Positions 31,024 through 39,343 of a stretch of DNA of 64,000 bases are shown here, in pieces; position 1 is the stretch's first letter; each line of letters begins with the position of its first letter. The notes under the pieces are model-generated. The model worked only from the letters and a program-made list of their open reading frames with translations, did no database searches and was not told the origin of the DNA. The stretch comes from an uncultured archaeon. Its GTDB lineage: Archaea > Asgardarchaeota > Lokiarchaeia > Sigyniarchaeales > SOKP01. Location of the stretch: positions 64,001 through 128,000 of the forward strand of contig CAZALK010000008.1 of assembly GCA_964486045.1 (NCBI GenBank), given 5' to 3'. The translations under genes and the position numbers were made by a program.

Positions 31024-31368
31024 TTGAAATTTCTTGAAGGACATCCAATCTTAGAAGGATTGTTTGATAGGTTAAGAAACTCTTTAGAAGACCTATCTGA
31101 AAATAAGTTTGAGGCGCAGTGTGATAAGTATCTAGATTGTTTGGAGTTTTTAAGTGAAATTGTTACGTCTTACGGAGAGATTTTGGAATTTCTTGAAGAA
31201 GAACCGATTCTAAAGGTGGAGTTTGATAGTTTAAGACATTCTTTGGAGTCTCCCCCAGATAATTGTTCAGAACAAAATTTTGAAAGACATTATGAAGATT
31301 ATCAAGAATTGCTGAGCTTTTTACATGAGATAGTAGCGCTTCCGAAAAATAAGAAGTTTTTTGTTTAA
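31024..31368 (+). CDS. acidic helical protein built from two internal repeats
   Basis: FLEGHPIL..FDRLRNSLE..FE..Y...LEFLSEIV and FLEEEPIL..FDSLRHSLE..FE..Y...LSFLHEIV. Confidence 0.65.
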   Translation: MKFLEGHPILEGLFDRLRNSLEDLSENKFEAQCDKYLDCLEFLSEIVTSYGEILEFLEEEPILKVEFDSLRHSLESPPDNCSEQNFERHYEDYQELLSFLHEIVALPKNKKFFV

Positions 31369-31471
31369 AAGTTCAAGAGTATTATAATATTAAATTATGA
31401 AAGAAAGATAAGGTGAAAATAGCTTTAGATCTTAACGCAGAATTAATAAACTCCATATCTATTATGTAATT

Positions 31472-32047
31472 ATGGTAGATGTAACTCAAAAATTAGAGAA
31501 TCATAGTATAAGATCCCTAAAAGAGGATGTTACTCACTTACTTGAGAATTATAAAGAAAAGGATAATATTGAGCTCCTTTCAGAGAAATTGATAGACCGA
31601 TTTAAATCTTGGTTAGTTTCATATGACGATTGGAATCCTGGAGATCTTATTCGTGAAGATGTTATAGAACACTTAAAAATCATAATTGACAATTATGAAG
31701 ACATTTGCAATGACGGACGCATAATAGATTTTGTTCTAAAAACGTATAAGTTTGAACGAGACGGTACAAGCATCGATTTTAGTAAGGAAGACATGAAAAG
31801 GATAACAGACTTGAAGGGAGAATTGGAAGAGATATTTTTTGTAGACCATGTATTTTCTAAATCTTGTAACTCTTTATTTATTTCACGGTTTAAAAATTGG
31901 TGTAAAGATCCTTATGCATTATGCAAAGATCATAATGGAAACTACGATAAATTCGGTGACCAAGCAGGAATAATGTTCGATTATCTAACCAAAGAAATTG
32001 CTTGGTATTGCTCAATAAATTTACCACATAGAAAATTAGTGAAGTAA
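31472..32047 (+). CDS. hypothetical protein
   Basis: 191-aa ATG ORF, no recognised motif. Confidence 0.7.
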   Translation: MVDVTQKLENHSIRSLKEDVTHLLENYKEKDNIELLSEKLIDRFKSWLVSYDDWNPGDLIREDVIEHLKIIIDNYEDICNDGRIIDFVLKTYKFERDGTSIDFSKEDMKRITDLKGELEEIFFVDHVFSKSCNSLFISRFKNWCKDPYALCKDHNGNYDKFGDQAGIMFDYLTKEIAWYCSINLPHRKLVK

Positions 32048-32126
32048 AATTCAAGCTAAAATTTTTCTTTAAATATGATAGGTTACAATTCTATACATTC
32101 AGTATAAATCAAAAAAGAGATAGAAT

Positions 32127-32600
32127 ATGAAAACAAAATTGAAGAAAAAGTCGTTAGAATTACTCCTTACGATATTGGGATGTGATCAAGAGATGTTAGA
32201 ACTAGTCCTACATCTCTTTGAAAGGTTTAAAGCTGAGTTTGGGAAAGATATCCTACATAATGTTGTTAAGGATTTAAAGGAAACGGATGGGAGATGTCAT
32301 TTTGAAAATTTAATACTAGGTGTTTTGTTGGAGGTATTAGATGAAATAAATAGAAAATATATGCTAGAGTTTGATTGCTCTTGCTTAGAACAAAAAAGGT
32401 ATTATCAGAAGGATTATAATGGAGTTACGTACCCTTCCAGAAATATAATTATGTTGTTAGGAGGTAGCACTGATATTAATGCAAAAGAATGGTGTAGTAC
32501 TATAACCCATGAAATATTACATTTTATCTTTTACAATTTTGGCATCGCCTACCAATGGATTAACGAAAGAATGGTAAAAAGTTTAATGAAAGATACTTAA
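32127..32600 (+). CDS. HExxH zinc-metallopeptidase-like protein (ImmA/IrrE-like)
   Basis: YNGVT...NIIML...STITHEILHFIF...NERMV. Confidence 0.6.
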   Translation: MKTKLKKKSLELLLTILGCDQEMLELVLHLFERFKAEFGKDILHNVVKDLKETDGRCHFENLILGVLLEVLDEINRKYMLEFDCSCLEQKRYYQKDYNGVTYPSRNIIMLLGGSTDINAKEWCSTITHEILHFIFYNFGIAYQWINERMVKSLMKDT

Positions 32601-32684
32601 AAGTTTCTATAGCTAAATTTTAATATGTAACTTCATTAATCACTATGCAGCCAAGAGTATAAAAATATTCGGATATGATCGAAA

Positions 32685-34061
32685 TTGCCTATAAAATCCA
32701 CCTTATTAGATACGTTTAAGAAAAACGTGGACGGTTTAAAGAGAAAGCAGTCAAAGTTTGTCTATGGGATAACGATTTCCTCATTCCAACCTTTCAATCC
32801 AGAGAGGTTTCTCGTCGGTCGAGTTACTTTTCAACCTGTAGGGAAAGGAAATATTGACGTACCACTGTTAATAAGTAAATCCCTTGAAATTTTAAGAGAA
32901 ACTACAGAATTTCTTTTTGATATATCAATTCAAAAAACTATAGCTCTCTTTAACGGAGATTTTTACGGTTTTTCTTATTTTGAGGATGAGACTTCCACTA
33001 AAAAAAAAGGCAAGGTTAGTTTTGAGTTAAAGGCTTTAATAGAAGATTCCTATCAAGATTGTTTCGTTATAGAATTACCAGAGTCCGACTTTAACTTTAA
33101 TGACACCAGACCAATATATGTCCAACTTCTAACGGCTTCATTGACAAAAAAAGAACGGGATAGTTCTGCTTGGCTTCATAATGCGAACATATCCGAAACT
33201 TATGATTTCGAAGAAGAGTTTTCATTGATGAGTCCCCGCCCTAGAAAGCCGCCTATTGCATTAGGATTGAACGATTTAGGTATGATTGAGGACATTGATC
33301 TTGAACACAGAGTTTTTATGGTAGAACACGAAACCGTATCCGAAATATCTAGAAGCAAATCACCAGATTTACAAGATAAAGTATTACAGGAGTTTAAGAT
33401 AAACAAACATATAACGTTAAAATTACTCGACAATGCAACATTAGGGAAGAAGTCAACACGTATTTTTATTGATAATAGTCCCTTTTTACAATGTATGTAT
33501 ATAATGTTAAATAATCCTCAAGAAAATCCCCTACAATCAGAAATTGATTCAATCGATGAGGCGACGGAAAAATTAGATAGTCGATTAGAATTCTTCTTTA
33601 GTCCTCCCACCCCCATCTCCCCCGAGTCTATATTTTGGGCTCATTGCTCAAATCTCCAAGTATGGTATGAACTCGGATATGATTCCAGAATTCTTCACAG
33701 TAATTTATCTTTTCCACTTCTAAAGAAATTGGTTGATGTTGGAGATCCTAAAGCTAAACAAGTTTTTAAAGAAGAGATAGCGAAACGTATATTAGATCAA
33801 TATCTTCCTGTAACTATTTACTTGTTAGACGAACGATATTTGGATTATCTAAATGACTCTGAAATTGAATATATATTCCACACACTGTCTGAACAAATTA
33901 TGATTCCGAATTCTGAACTTAAAAACGAAAAATTTGCCAACGTTCTACTCAAAACTGGATCTTCCTATCTAAAGAAGGGCGTATATGCAGGACATCTAGC
34001 TATTGATCTATGTATAAAACTCAGAAACCTTCTTAACAGCCATCCTAGTAGGGAAAAATAA
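32685..34061 (+). CDS. unknown N-terminal domain plus C-terminal 'FWGHCSNLQAW' domain
   Basis: FKINKHITLKL..FLQCM..SIDEA..FWAHCSNLQVW..YDSRILH..FPLLKKL..GDPKAK.VFKEEI. Confidence 0.85.
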   Translation: MPIKSTLLDTFKKNVDGLKRKQSKFVYGITISSFQPFNPERFLVGRVTFQPVGKGNIDVPLLISKSLEILRETTEFLFDISIQKTIALFNGDFYGFSYFEDETSTKKKGKVSFELKALIEDSYQDCFVIELPESDFNFNDTRPIYVQLLTASLTKKERDSSAWLHNANISETYDFEEEFSLMSPRPRKPPIALGLNDLGMIEDIDLEHRVFMVEHETVSEISRSKSPDLQDKVLQEFKINKHITLKLLDNATLGKKSTRIFIDNSPFLQCMYIMLNNPQENPLQSEIDSIDEATEKLDSRLEFFFSPPTPISPESIFWAHCSNLQVWYELGYDSRILHSNLSFPLLKKLVDVGDPKAKQVFKEEIAKRILDQYLPVTIYLLDERYLDYLNDSEIEYIFHTLSEQIMIPNSELKNEKFANVLLKTGSSYLKKGVYAGHLAIDLCIKLRNLLNSHPSREK

Positions 34062-34656
34062 GTATAAAGGATAAATAAAACCCTTTAAAATTTTCTATAA
34101 TAATTCTAAATCATCATTTATTATTGTAGTAACTCTTGTATTATCTACCAACCTTAGTCTTCTAGATAACCCAAGACCACACCCCCTGCACACTTTTCCT
34201 TCATAATCAATTATATTACCACAATTTTTTTATCTTTTTTAATAAATAATTAAAATTCTCATAATCTTTAAGTTATTGACAAATTTACGAAAATCAGTAA
34301 TTCTTTCGCCCATTTACAATTTAATTTCCTAAACTATTATATTTTTTAGGTGAAACATAAATCTTATAGGGAATTGGATTTTTGTCTTAAAACTCTTTCT
34401 CAATATCTCCTATAATGTTCGCGTCACCTTCTTTTTTCTTAAAGAGTTTTTATTTTTCTTGAAGTTCACTCCGAATGAACATAACAGTTACTAATTCCCC
34501 TAAAGGCTCATTATCACCGAGAATGGAAGACAGCTTCTCAAGGCTATACTTGATGAGTTGAGTTGAAATCATAAAATCTTCTGCCCCCAAACACAATTAA
34601 ATGGTTACAGTCATAAATAGCATTGAAGACAAACTCAAAGGTTGATGAAATAAATA

Positions 34657-35115
34657 ATGAGCAAGTCCAGACTAATTGATAGAGCAGAACAGCTAATAAA
34701 AAACAATCACGGAATCCTGTATAAACGATGTATTTCAATCTTAGAAACGGGGATAAAACGAGCCACAAATCTACTCGATTATTCCGATTTAGAGGATTTT
34801 GTGCCGATATTTGAGAAAAAATACATGCGATTAAAATTCCAACTTGAACAGGAAAATCGTCAAAGTAAAGAAAAAAAAATTCAAAACATAACCCTTCTAT
34901 TCAAGTCCTATACAAAAGAAATGCTATTCAAACAATTGGAGAACTGCACAAAAGAAAGCTTAAAGTTAAAGATAAAATGGGATTCACTCCGAAGAGATGA
35001 GAGAACTCAAAGAAAGGCTACTAGATCAAATCGAGTAGATGCAAATGCAAAAGAAATGATGTTGATTCAAGACGCACTTAATTCTCTTAAAAAAAATGGT
35101 TTGTCTCAAATTTAA
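34657..35115 (+). CDS. basic helical hypothetical protein
   Basis: 152-aa ATG ORF. Confidence 0.65.
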   Translation: MSKSRLIDRAEQLIKNNHGILYKRCISILETGIKRATNLLDYSDLEDFVPIFEKKYMRLKFQLEQENRQSKEKKIQNITLLFKSYTKEMLFKQLENCTKESLKLKIKWDSLRRDERTQRKATRSNRVDANAKEMMLIQDALNSLKKNGLSQI

Positions 35116-35480
35116 AAAGTGTTAAAAATGATTGAAATAACAGAAAATAAGACTTTTGAGAATTTTATGGTAGATTATCATTATAGTAAAAACAGGAGTG
35201 ATTTTGTAATAATTAAAAACATTAATTCCGAACCTTATACCATTCTACATTTTTTTTAAATTCATTTTCCAAACCTTATAATCATTTGAATATTTAATTG
35301 AGGAATATGTGTCCCAATTCTCTCAGTTTAATTCAGATTTATTAGTATTACCTATTTTATTCTTTTATCCTTAGAAGGTACTCTTTCTTTTATAATTCAA
35401 TTCAAAAATCTTTCAATTTCAAAAAATCATCACTCTTATCTAACATATATAAGAAAGACTCTTTCTAAATCAAGAGAAAC

Positions 35481-35753
35481 ATGACTGAATTACGAACAGA
35501 AAATAAGTGGTTAGAAAGCCTCCACAACCTAATGCATAAAGCATATTCAAGAAGGAATTTAGTCCAGCTTGATAAGATAATAGAAGGTATTTCCAGCTTA
35601 ATAGAAGAAAACGCTAATTATCAGAGGAGAAATAAGGGGAAAAGGCTTAGGTCAGCAAAGTATGAAAGAAAGAAATATTTTGGCTTTATTGCTGAAATTC
35701 AAGATCTTCAGTACCGGATTAAGCAAAGAGCAGAAAAAAGGAAAGATTCTTAA
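35481..35753 (+). CDS. small basic hypothetical protein
   Basis: 90-aa ATG ORF. Confidence 0.6.
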   Translation: MTELRTENKWLESLHNLMHKAYSRRNLVQLDKIIEGISSLIEENANYQRRNKGKRLRSAKYERKKYFGFIAEIQDLQYRIKQRAEKRKDS

Positions 35754-35796
35754 TAGTAATCAGTCGTAGTTTTATAGAAAATTAACAGGTGAAAGA

Positions 35797-35934
35797 ATGG
35801 AAAAATTAAATTTTAACAATTGGTTTAAAGGATTTTTAGAGGAAAAAGGACTTTCTAAGAAGATGAGTATTTCACATTTTCTGGAACATCTTGGAAATTG
35901 GATCATAACAGGTGAGGGTGAACTAACCAGATGA
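35797..35934 (+). CDS. 45-aa small ORF below the track cutoff (MEKLNFNNWFKGFLEEKG...)
   Basis: AGGTGA RBS; ATGA stop/start overlap with ORF 35931. Confidence 0.55.
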   Translation: MEKLNFNNWFKGFLEEKGLSKKMSISHFLEHLGNWIITGEGELTR

Positions 35935-36119
35935 CTGAGATCAAAACGCCAGAATATTGGGAAGAATTATCAAAGAAAGGAAATATCCAAAGCAAAATCA
36001 CTTTTGAAATTGAGGAGTCAATAAAGGAATACACGAAAAGATCCCCGTCGGAGATTTTCATTTCGCATAATTCTAGAAGCATATTTAGTGATGAGTTTAC
36101 CAATGAATTACTTTATTAA
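35931..36119 (+). CDS. small ORF ending at the island boundary, possibly truncated
   Basis: Translationally coupled to 35797; stop lies just before the 36121 junction. Confidence 0.5.
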   Translation: MTEIKTPEYWEELSKKGNIQSKITFEIEESIKEYTKRSPSEIFISHNSRSIFSDEFTNELLY

Positions 36120-36681
36120 TATAAATGAATGTTCTCGACAAATAATCCATCTCGTAATTATAAAGTCGATTTATAAGTTGCCATTCTTCTTTTCTCATCT
36201 TTCGCCGTTCTTCCTTGACTTCTTCACAAATATCATGAGCTTTACTTAAATCAGATCCTATTAATTTAACAGCATTTGAAAGCTTATTTGAAATTAATTT
36301 TAAAGATTTTAACACACTTCGAATTTGTAATTTAAATTTTTCATCCGGGAATACAGCTCTATAAAGGAGTAATTTGTTGGCTATAAATTCCCCGATGTTT
36401 TTAATTTCATTGATTTTAGCAAAGAGTTTTAGTCTATCTGCTTTTGAAAACATTAATTTTGACTTAAATATTTTAGATTCAAACCGTTTTTTAATTCTGA
36501 CTTCAGAAACGGATTCTATAACATACTGTAAATTTCTTTCAAAACTATCGAAATTCTCCTCCACAAGAAACTCAATTCCTTCAATTAGCTTTAAGTTTTG
36601 CTCATTGATCGCGTCCATAAATAAATGAGTTAAATCATCTATGTTTAGTTTATTTAACTCTTTCTCCTCTATCTCTCTCAT
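36097..36681 (-). pseudogene. 3'-truncated copy of the DUF47-like gene
   Basis: Colinear with 12995-13672 up to ...SRTFIY, then INKVIHW* instead of LKELIQDIMM... Confidence 0.9.
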
Positions 36682-36748
36682 TTAAATCAAAAATAATTGC
36701 TATTTTATTAAGTATTAATTTCATGACTTTTAAGCAGAATGTTAATTA

Positions 36749-36767
36749 TTTCTATAGATCTATATAG
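36749..36767. promoter_or_regulatory. candidate phosphate-regulon operator (second DUF47 promoter)
   Basis: TTTCTATAGATCTATATAG conserved relative to 13744-13762; homology ends right after it. Confidence 0.45.
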
Positions 36768-36998
36768 TTCACAAATTTTATTAATGGGTTATTAATCTTT
36801 AACAAATTTGTGGTAAAAAATTCAATCATTTATAATTTAGAAATGAATATGCAAAATTATTTTTCAATTTTTGCTAAATTATGAGTTATAAGGGTTCAAA
36901 ATTACGAATCTGTGGAATATTAATGGGTTAATAATTAACATTAATGCCTATTGATCAAAAAGAATTAATTTAAATATAAGTTCCATTGTAACTCATTT

Positions 36999-37160
36999 GT
37001 GTCAGAAGAAGAAATAATGTCGGAAATCGCATATGATATAAGACTAGAAAAAAAATTGGATGAAGTTAAACTACAAATTTGGCTGAATGAGGAACTCCAG
37101 TTACAGCCTGAAAATTTACGTAACTCATTAATTGAGAAGTTTAATCAAATTAATTCTTAA
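36999..37160 (+). CDS. 53-aa acidic small ORF (not in track)
   Basis: GTG start, MSEEEIMSEIAYDIRLEKKLDEVKLQIWLNEE...; TTTAAATA upstream; T-rich tract downstream. Confidence 0.4.
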   Translation: MSEEEIMSEIAYDIRLEKKLDEVKLQIWLNEELQLQPENLRNSLIEKFNQINS

Positions 37161-37391
37161 ACTTTCCCTTTTCTTTTGCTGTTGATTATATTCTCAGAGA
37201 ATCATAATAGCAGGAAGAATTTGGGAAGAGAATAGCTTTTATCTTTCCCACTGTATCTTTTTCTTCTAATTTATTGCACAAAGTAACATTTAGAAAAAAA
37301 AAAAATTTTAGAAATATTAAGTTAAGAATTAAATTAGTTTGGCACAAATTTTAGATTCGACCGAAACAAAATCATAAAAAAATTATTCAAA

Positions 37392-37446
37392 ACTATTTTG
37401 AACTAATAAATCGAGGTAAGTTACTATTTTGAACTAACAAGTCGAG
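37392..37446. repeat. 24-bp direct repeat x2 with 31-bp period
   Basis: actattttgaactaaTaaAtcgag / actattttgaactaaCaaGtcgag. Confidence 0.75.
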
Positions 37447-37514
37447 TTTAATTGTAACAACTTCTTTATTTCCACCTTAATTTTAAGAATATTAATGTTT
37501 GCACTAGATAATCT

Positions 37515-38342
37515 TTATTTCCCTTGCCACACTGGTTTTTTCTTTTGAATTCTAGCCATAACACCGTTCATAAAATCTTTTGAAGTTAACAGTTGAGAAT
37601 TTACAAGTCCCTCCAATTCTAAACCAAATTCAAGATTTTGGCCATAAATATTATCAATTAGCTTCTTACCTAAACCTACTGCTAAAGGGGCACTCCCAAT
37701 TAATTCGTCAGAGTATTTTTTCACCAATGCGTCTAAATCTTCTCTACTTTTTGCTACACCGTTTACTACACCCATTCTAAATGCTTCAATGCCATCAAAA
37801 ATCCTACCGGTTAATGCGATATCTTTAGCATGCGATACACCACAGAGACGAGTAAGTCTTGTTGTCCCGGAAACATCAGGAATAATTCCTACCTTAACTT
37901 CTGGCATACTGAAGCTAGCATTTTCTAGGGAAAATCGGAAATCACAAGCAAGTGCTAACTCAAAACCAAGACCAAAGCAGAATCCTTCAATTCTTGCGAT
38001 GGATGGCTTCTCAATTTTCCCAATCTTTAATACTAAAGGATGAAATCTCGTATTTAAGAAATATCGGAAATGGGGTGGTGTATTCAAATCAGGACCTCTT
38101 TCCCCTCCAGAACTGTCTTGACCTGCTAGAGTCTTCAAGTCAATTCCCGCGCTAAAATAATCCGTAGCCCCTGTAATAATAATAACTCTTGTAGTTGAAC
38201 GTTCTGCTTTTTCAATTGCTTCTTCTAAACCGTTTATAACATCCCAATTTAACGCATTTCTTTTCTCTAAGCGATTCAATTTAATTGTTGTTATTGTTTG
38301 TTCATCATTTTCTTCGACTAACACATAATTTTTTTCACTCAT
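37515..38342 (-). CDS. enoyl-CoA hydratase/isomerase (crotonase family)
   Basis: LNRLEKRNAL, FSAGIDL, GLGFELALACDFR, PEVKVGIIP; start moved to ATG 38342 behind a GGAGTGA RBS. Confidence 0.92.
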   Translation of the reverse strand: MSEKNYVLVEENDEQTITTIKLNRLEKRNALNWDVINGLEEAIEKAERSTTRVIIITGATDYFSAGIDLKTLAGQDSSGGERGPDLNTPPHFRYFLNTRFHPLVLKIGKIEKPSIARIEGFCFGLGFELALACDFRFSLENASFSMPEVKVGIIPDVSGTTRLTRLCGVSHAKDIALTGRIFDGIEAFRMGVVNGVAKSREDLDALVKKYSDELIGSAPLAVGLGKKLIDNIYGQNLEFGLELEGLVNSQLLTSKDFMNGVMARIQKKKPVWQGK

Positions 38343-38597
38343 TTTTTTCACTCCTAATGTTGATTCAATTTGAATTGAGTAATTAAGGGAATTAAAGTAA
38401 ATAGAAATAAAAGTATTGTTCAGAAGTCCAAAAAAAGTCTCAAATGTTAAATTCAAAGTCTGAATTCAATGAAAATTTCTAGATAATAAAATTAAAATGC
38501 ATTACAAAGATAATATTTTTTAAATTGAAAGCTATTATTAGTTATTAGATATTTTTAATTCTAGAAAGTAGTTCTTTAGAAAAAAAAGGTAATTTAA

Positions 38598-39248
38598 ATG
38601 ACTTTGTCAAATAATAAATCTACCGAAGATTGGTCGGTTGAAAAATTACAGAAATTGACTCGTGATGAATGTGTTGAATTATTTAAAACATTATTTCCCC
38701 CAGATTTTGAAGAATTAAATGGTGAATATGCTGCTACTTTACTAGGTGAGAATTTAGAGTACGGAGAATGGTATATGTATAAAACAGAATTAGGTCGCTG
38801 GTTAGGAAAGGCGTACACACCTACTCCTACAGAAGAAAGAACAGGTTTTAGAGGGGAAGGATACAATTTTTGGATCATCGATGGAAAAAAAGCTTATCAT
38901 TCTCGATTCGCAACTCATATAGGTGTTTCAGTAATAGACGAAAAACCAATATTCAGAATGCAATATGATGTTTTTAAAAGTTTTTATGGACAAGAAAGGA
39001 TGATAGATGAAATCCGTAGACTTAAACCAGGATTATACCTGTGCTTCGGAATGCCCAGACCAATTAATATACCTGGACCATTTTGTTTGTCAGGACCAAA
39101 AGAACCTTATAACAACAATCCTAAGTGGTATTTTGGGGATGAAGTCTCAAAACCGGTTAAACTTAAATTTTCATTTAAAGATTATCCCGATCCTGATGCA
39201 ATTAATACAAAAGAATTCAGAGAATATTGGAAAGATCATTTTGATTAA
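38598..39248 (+). CDS. conserved hypothetical protein
   Basis: 216 aa; ELNGEY, WLGKAY and DEIRRLKPGLYL look like conserved motifs, family not named with confidence. Confidence 0.7.
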   Translation: MTLSNNKSTEDWSVEKLQKLTRDECVELFKTLFPPDFEELNGEYAATLLGENLEYGEWYMYKTELGRWLGKAYTPTPTEERTGFRGEGYNFWIIDGKKAYHSRFATHIGVSVIDEKPIFRMQYDVFKSFYGQERMIDEIRRLKPGLYLCFGMPRPINIPGPFCLSGPKEPYNNNPKWYFGDEVSKPVKLKFSFKDYPDPDAINTKEFREYWKDHFD

Positions 39249-39343
39249 TGATACTGAAGGTTATATTCTGTAGTTGAACCTATTTACATTTTTTCACAAT
39301 TTCCTTTGAAATTGTATCAGAAAGGCGAATAATTACAAATTAT

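Larger units (their letters stand above)
13097..36120. mobile_element. 23,024-bp genomic island flanked by direct duplication of the DUF47 5' region and promoter
   Basis: 13097-~13765 aligns with 36121-~36767 (offset 23,024 across the coding part); the right copy is truncated; contents are orphan/accessory genes; no integrase seen. Confidence 0.7.

Noticed and set aside
14049-34061. Diversity-generating retroelement acting on the paralogous domain family
   Set aside because: No reverse transcriptase and no near-identical template/variable repeat pair with adenine-specific differences.
13097-36120. Complete provirus or conjugative element
   Set aside because: No capsid, terminase, polymerase, integrase, relaxase or T4SS motifs are recognisable; called only an island.
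36097-36767. Simple assembly duplication of the DUF47 gene
   Set aside because: The copies differ at many mostly synonymous positions and by promoter indels. A strain-chimeric join cannot be excluded without reads.
37392-37446. Mini-CRISPR from the 24-bp repeat pair
   Set aside because: Only two copies with a 7-bp gap; a local duplication or operator pair is more plausible.
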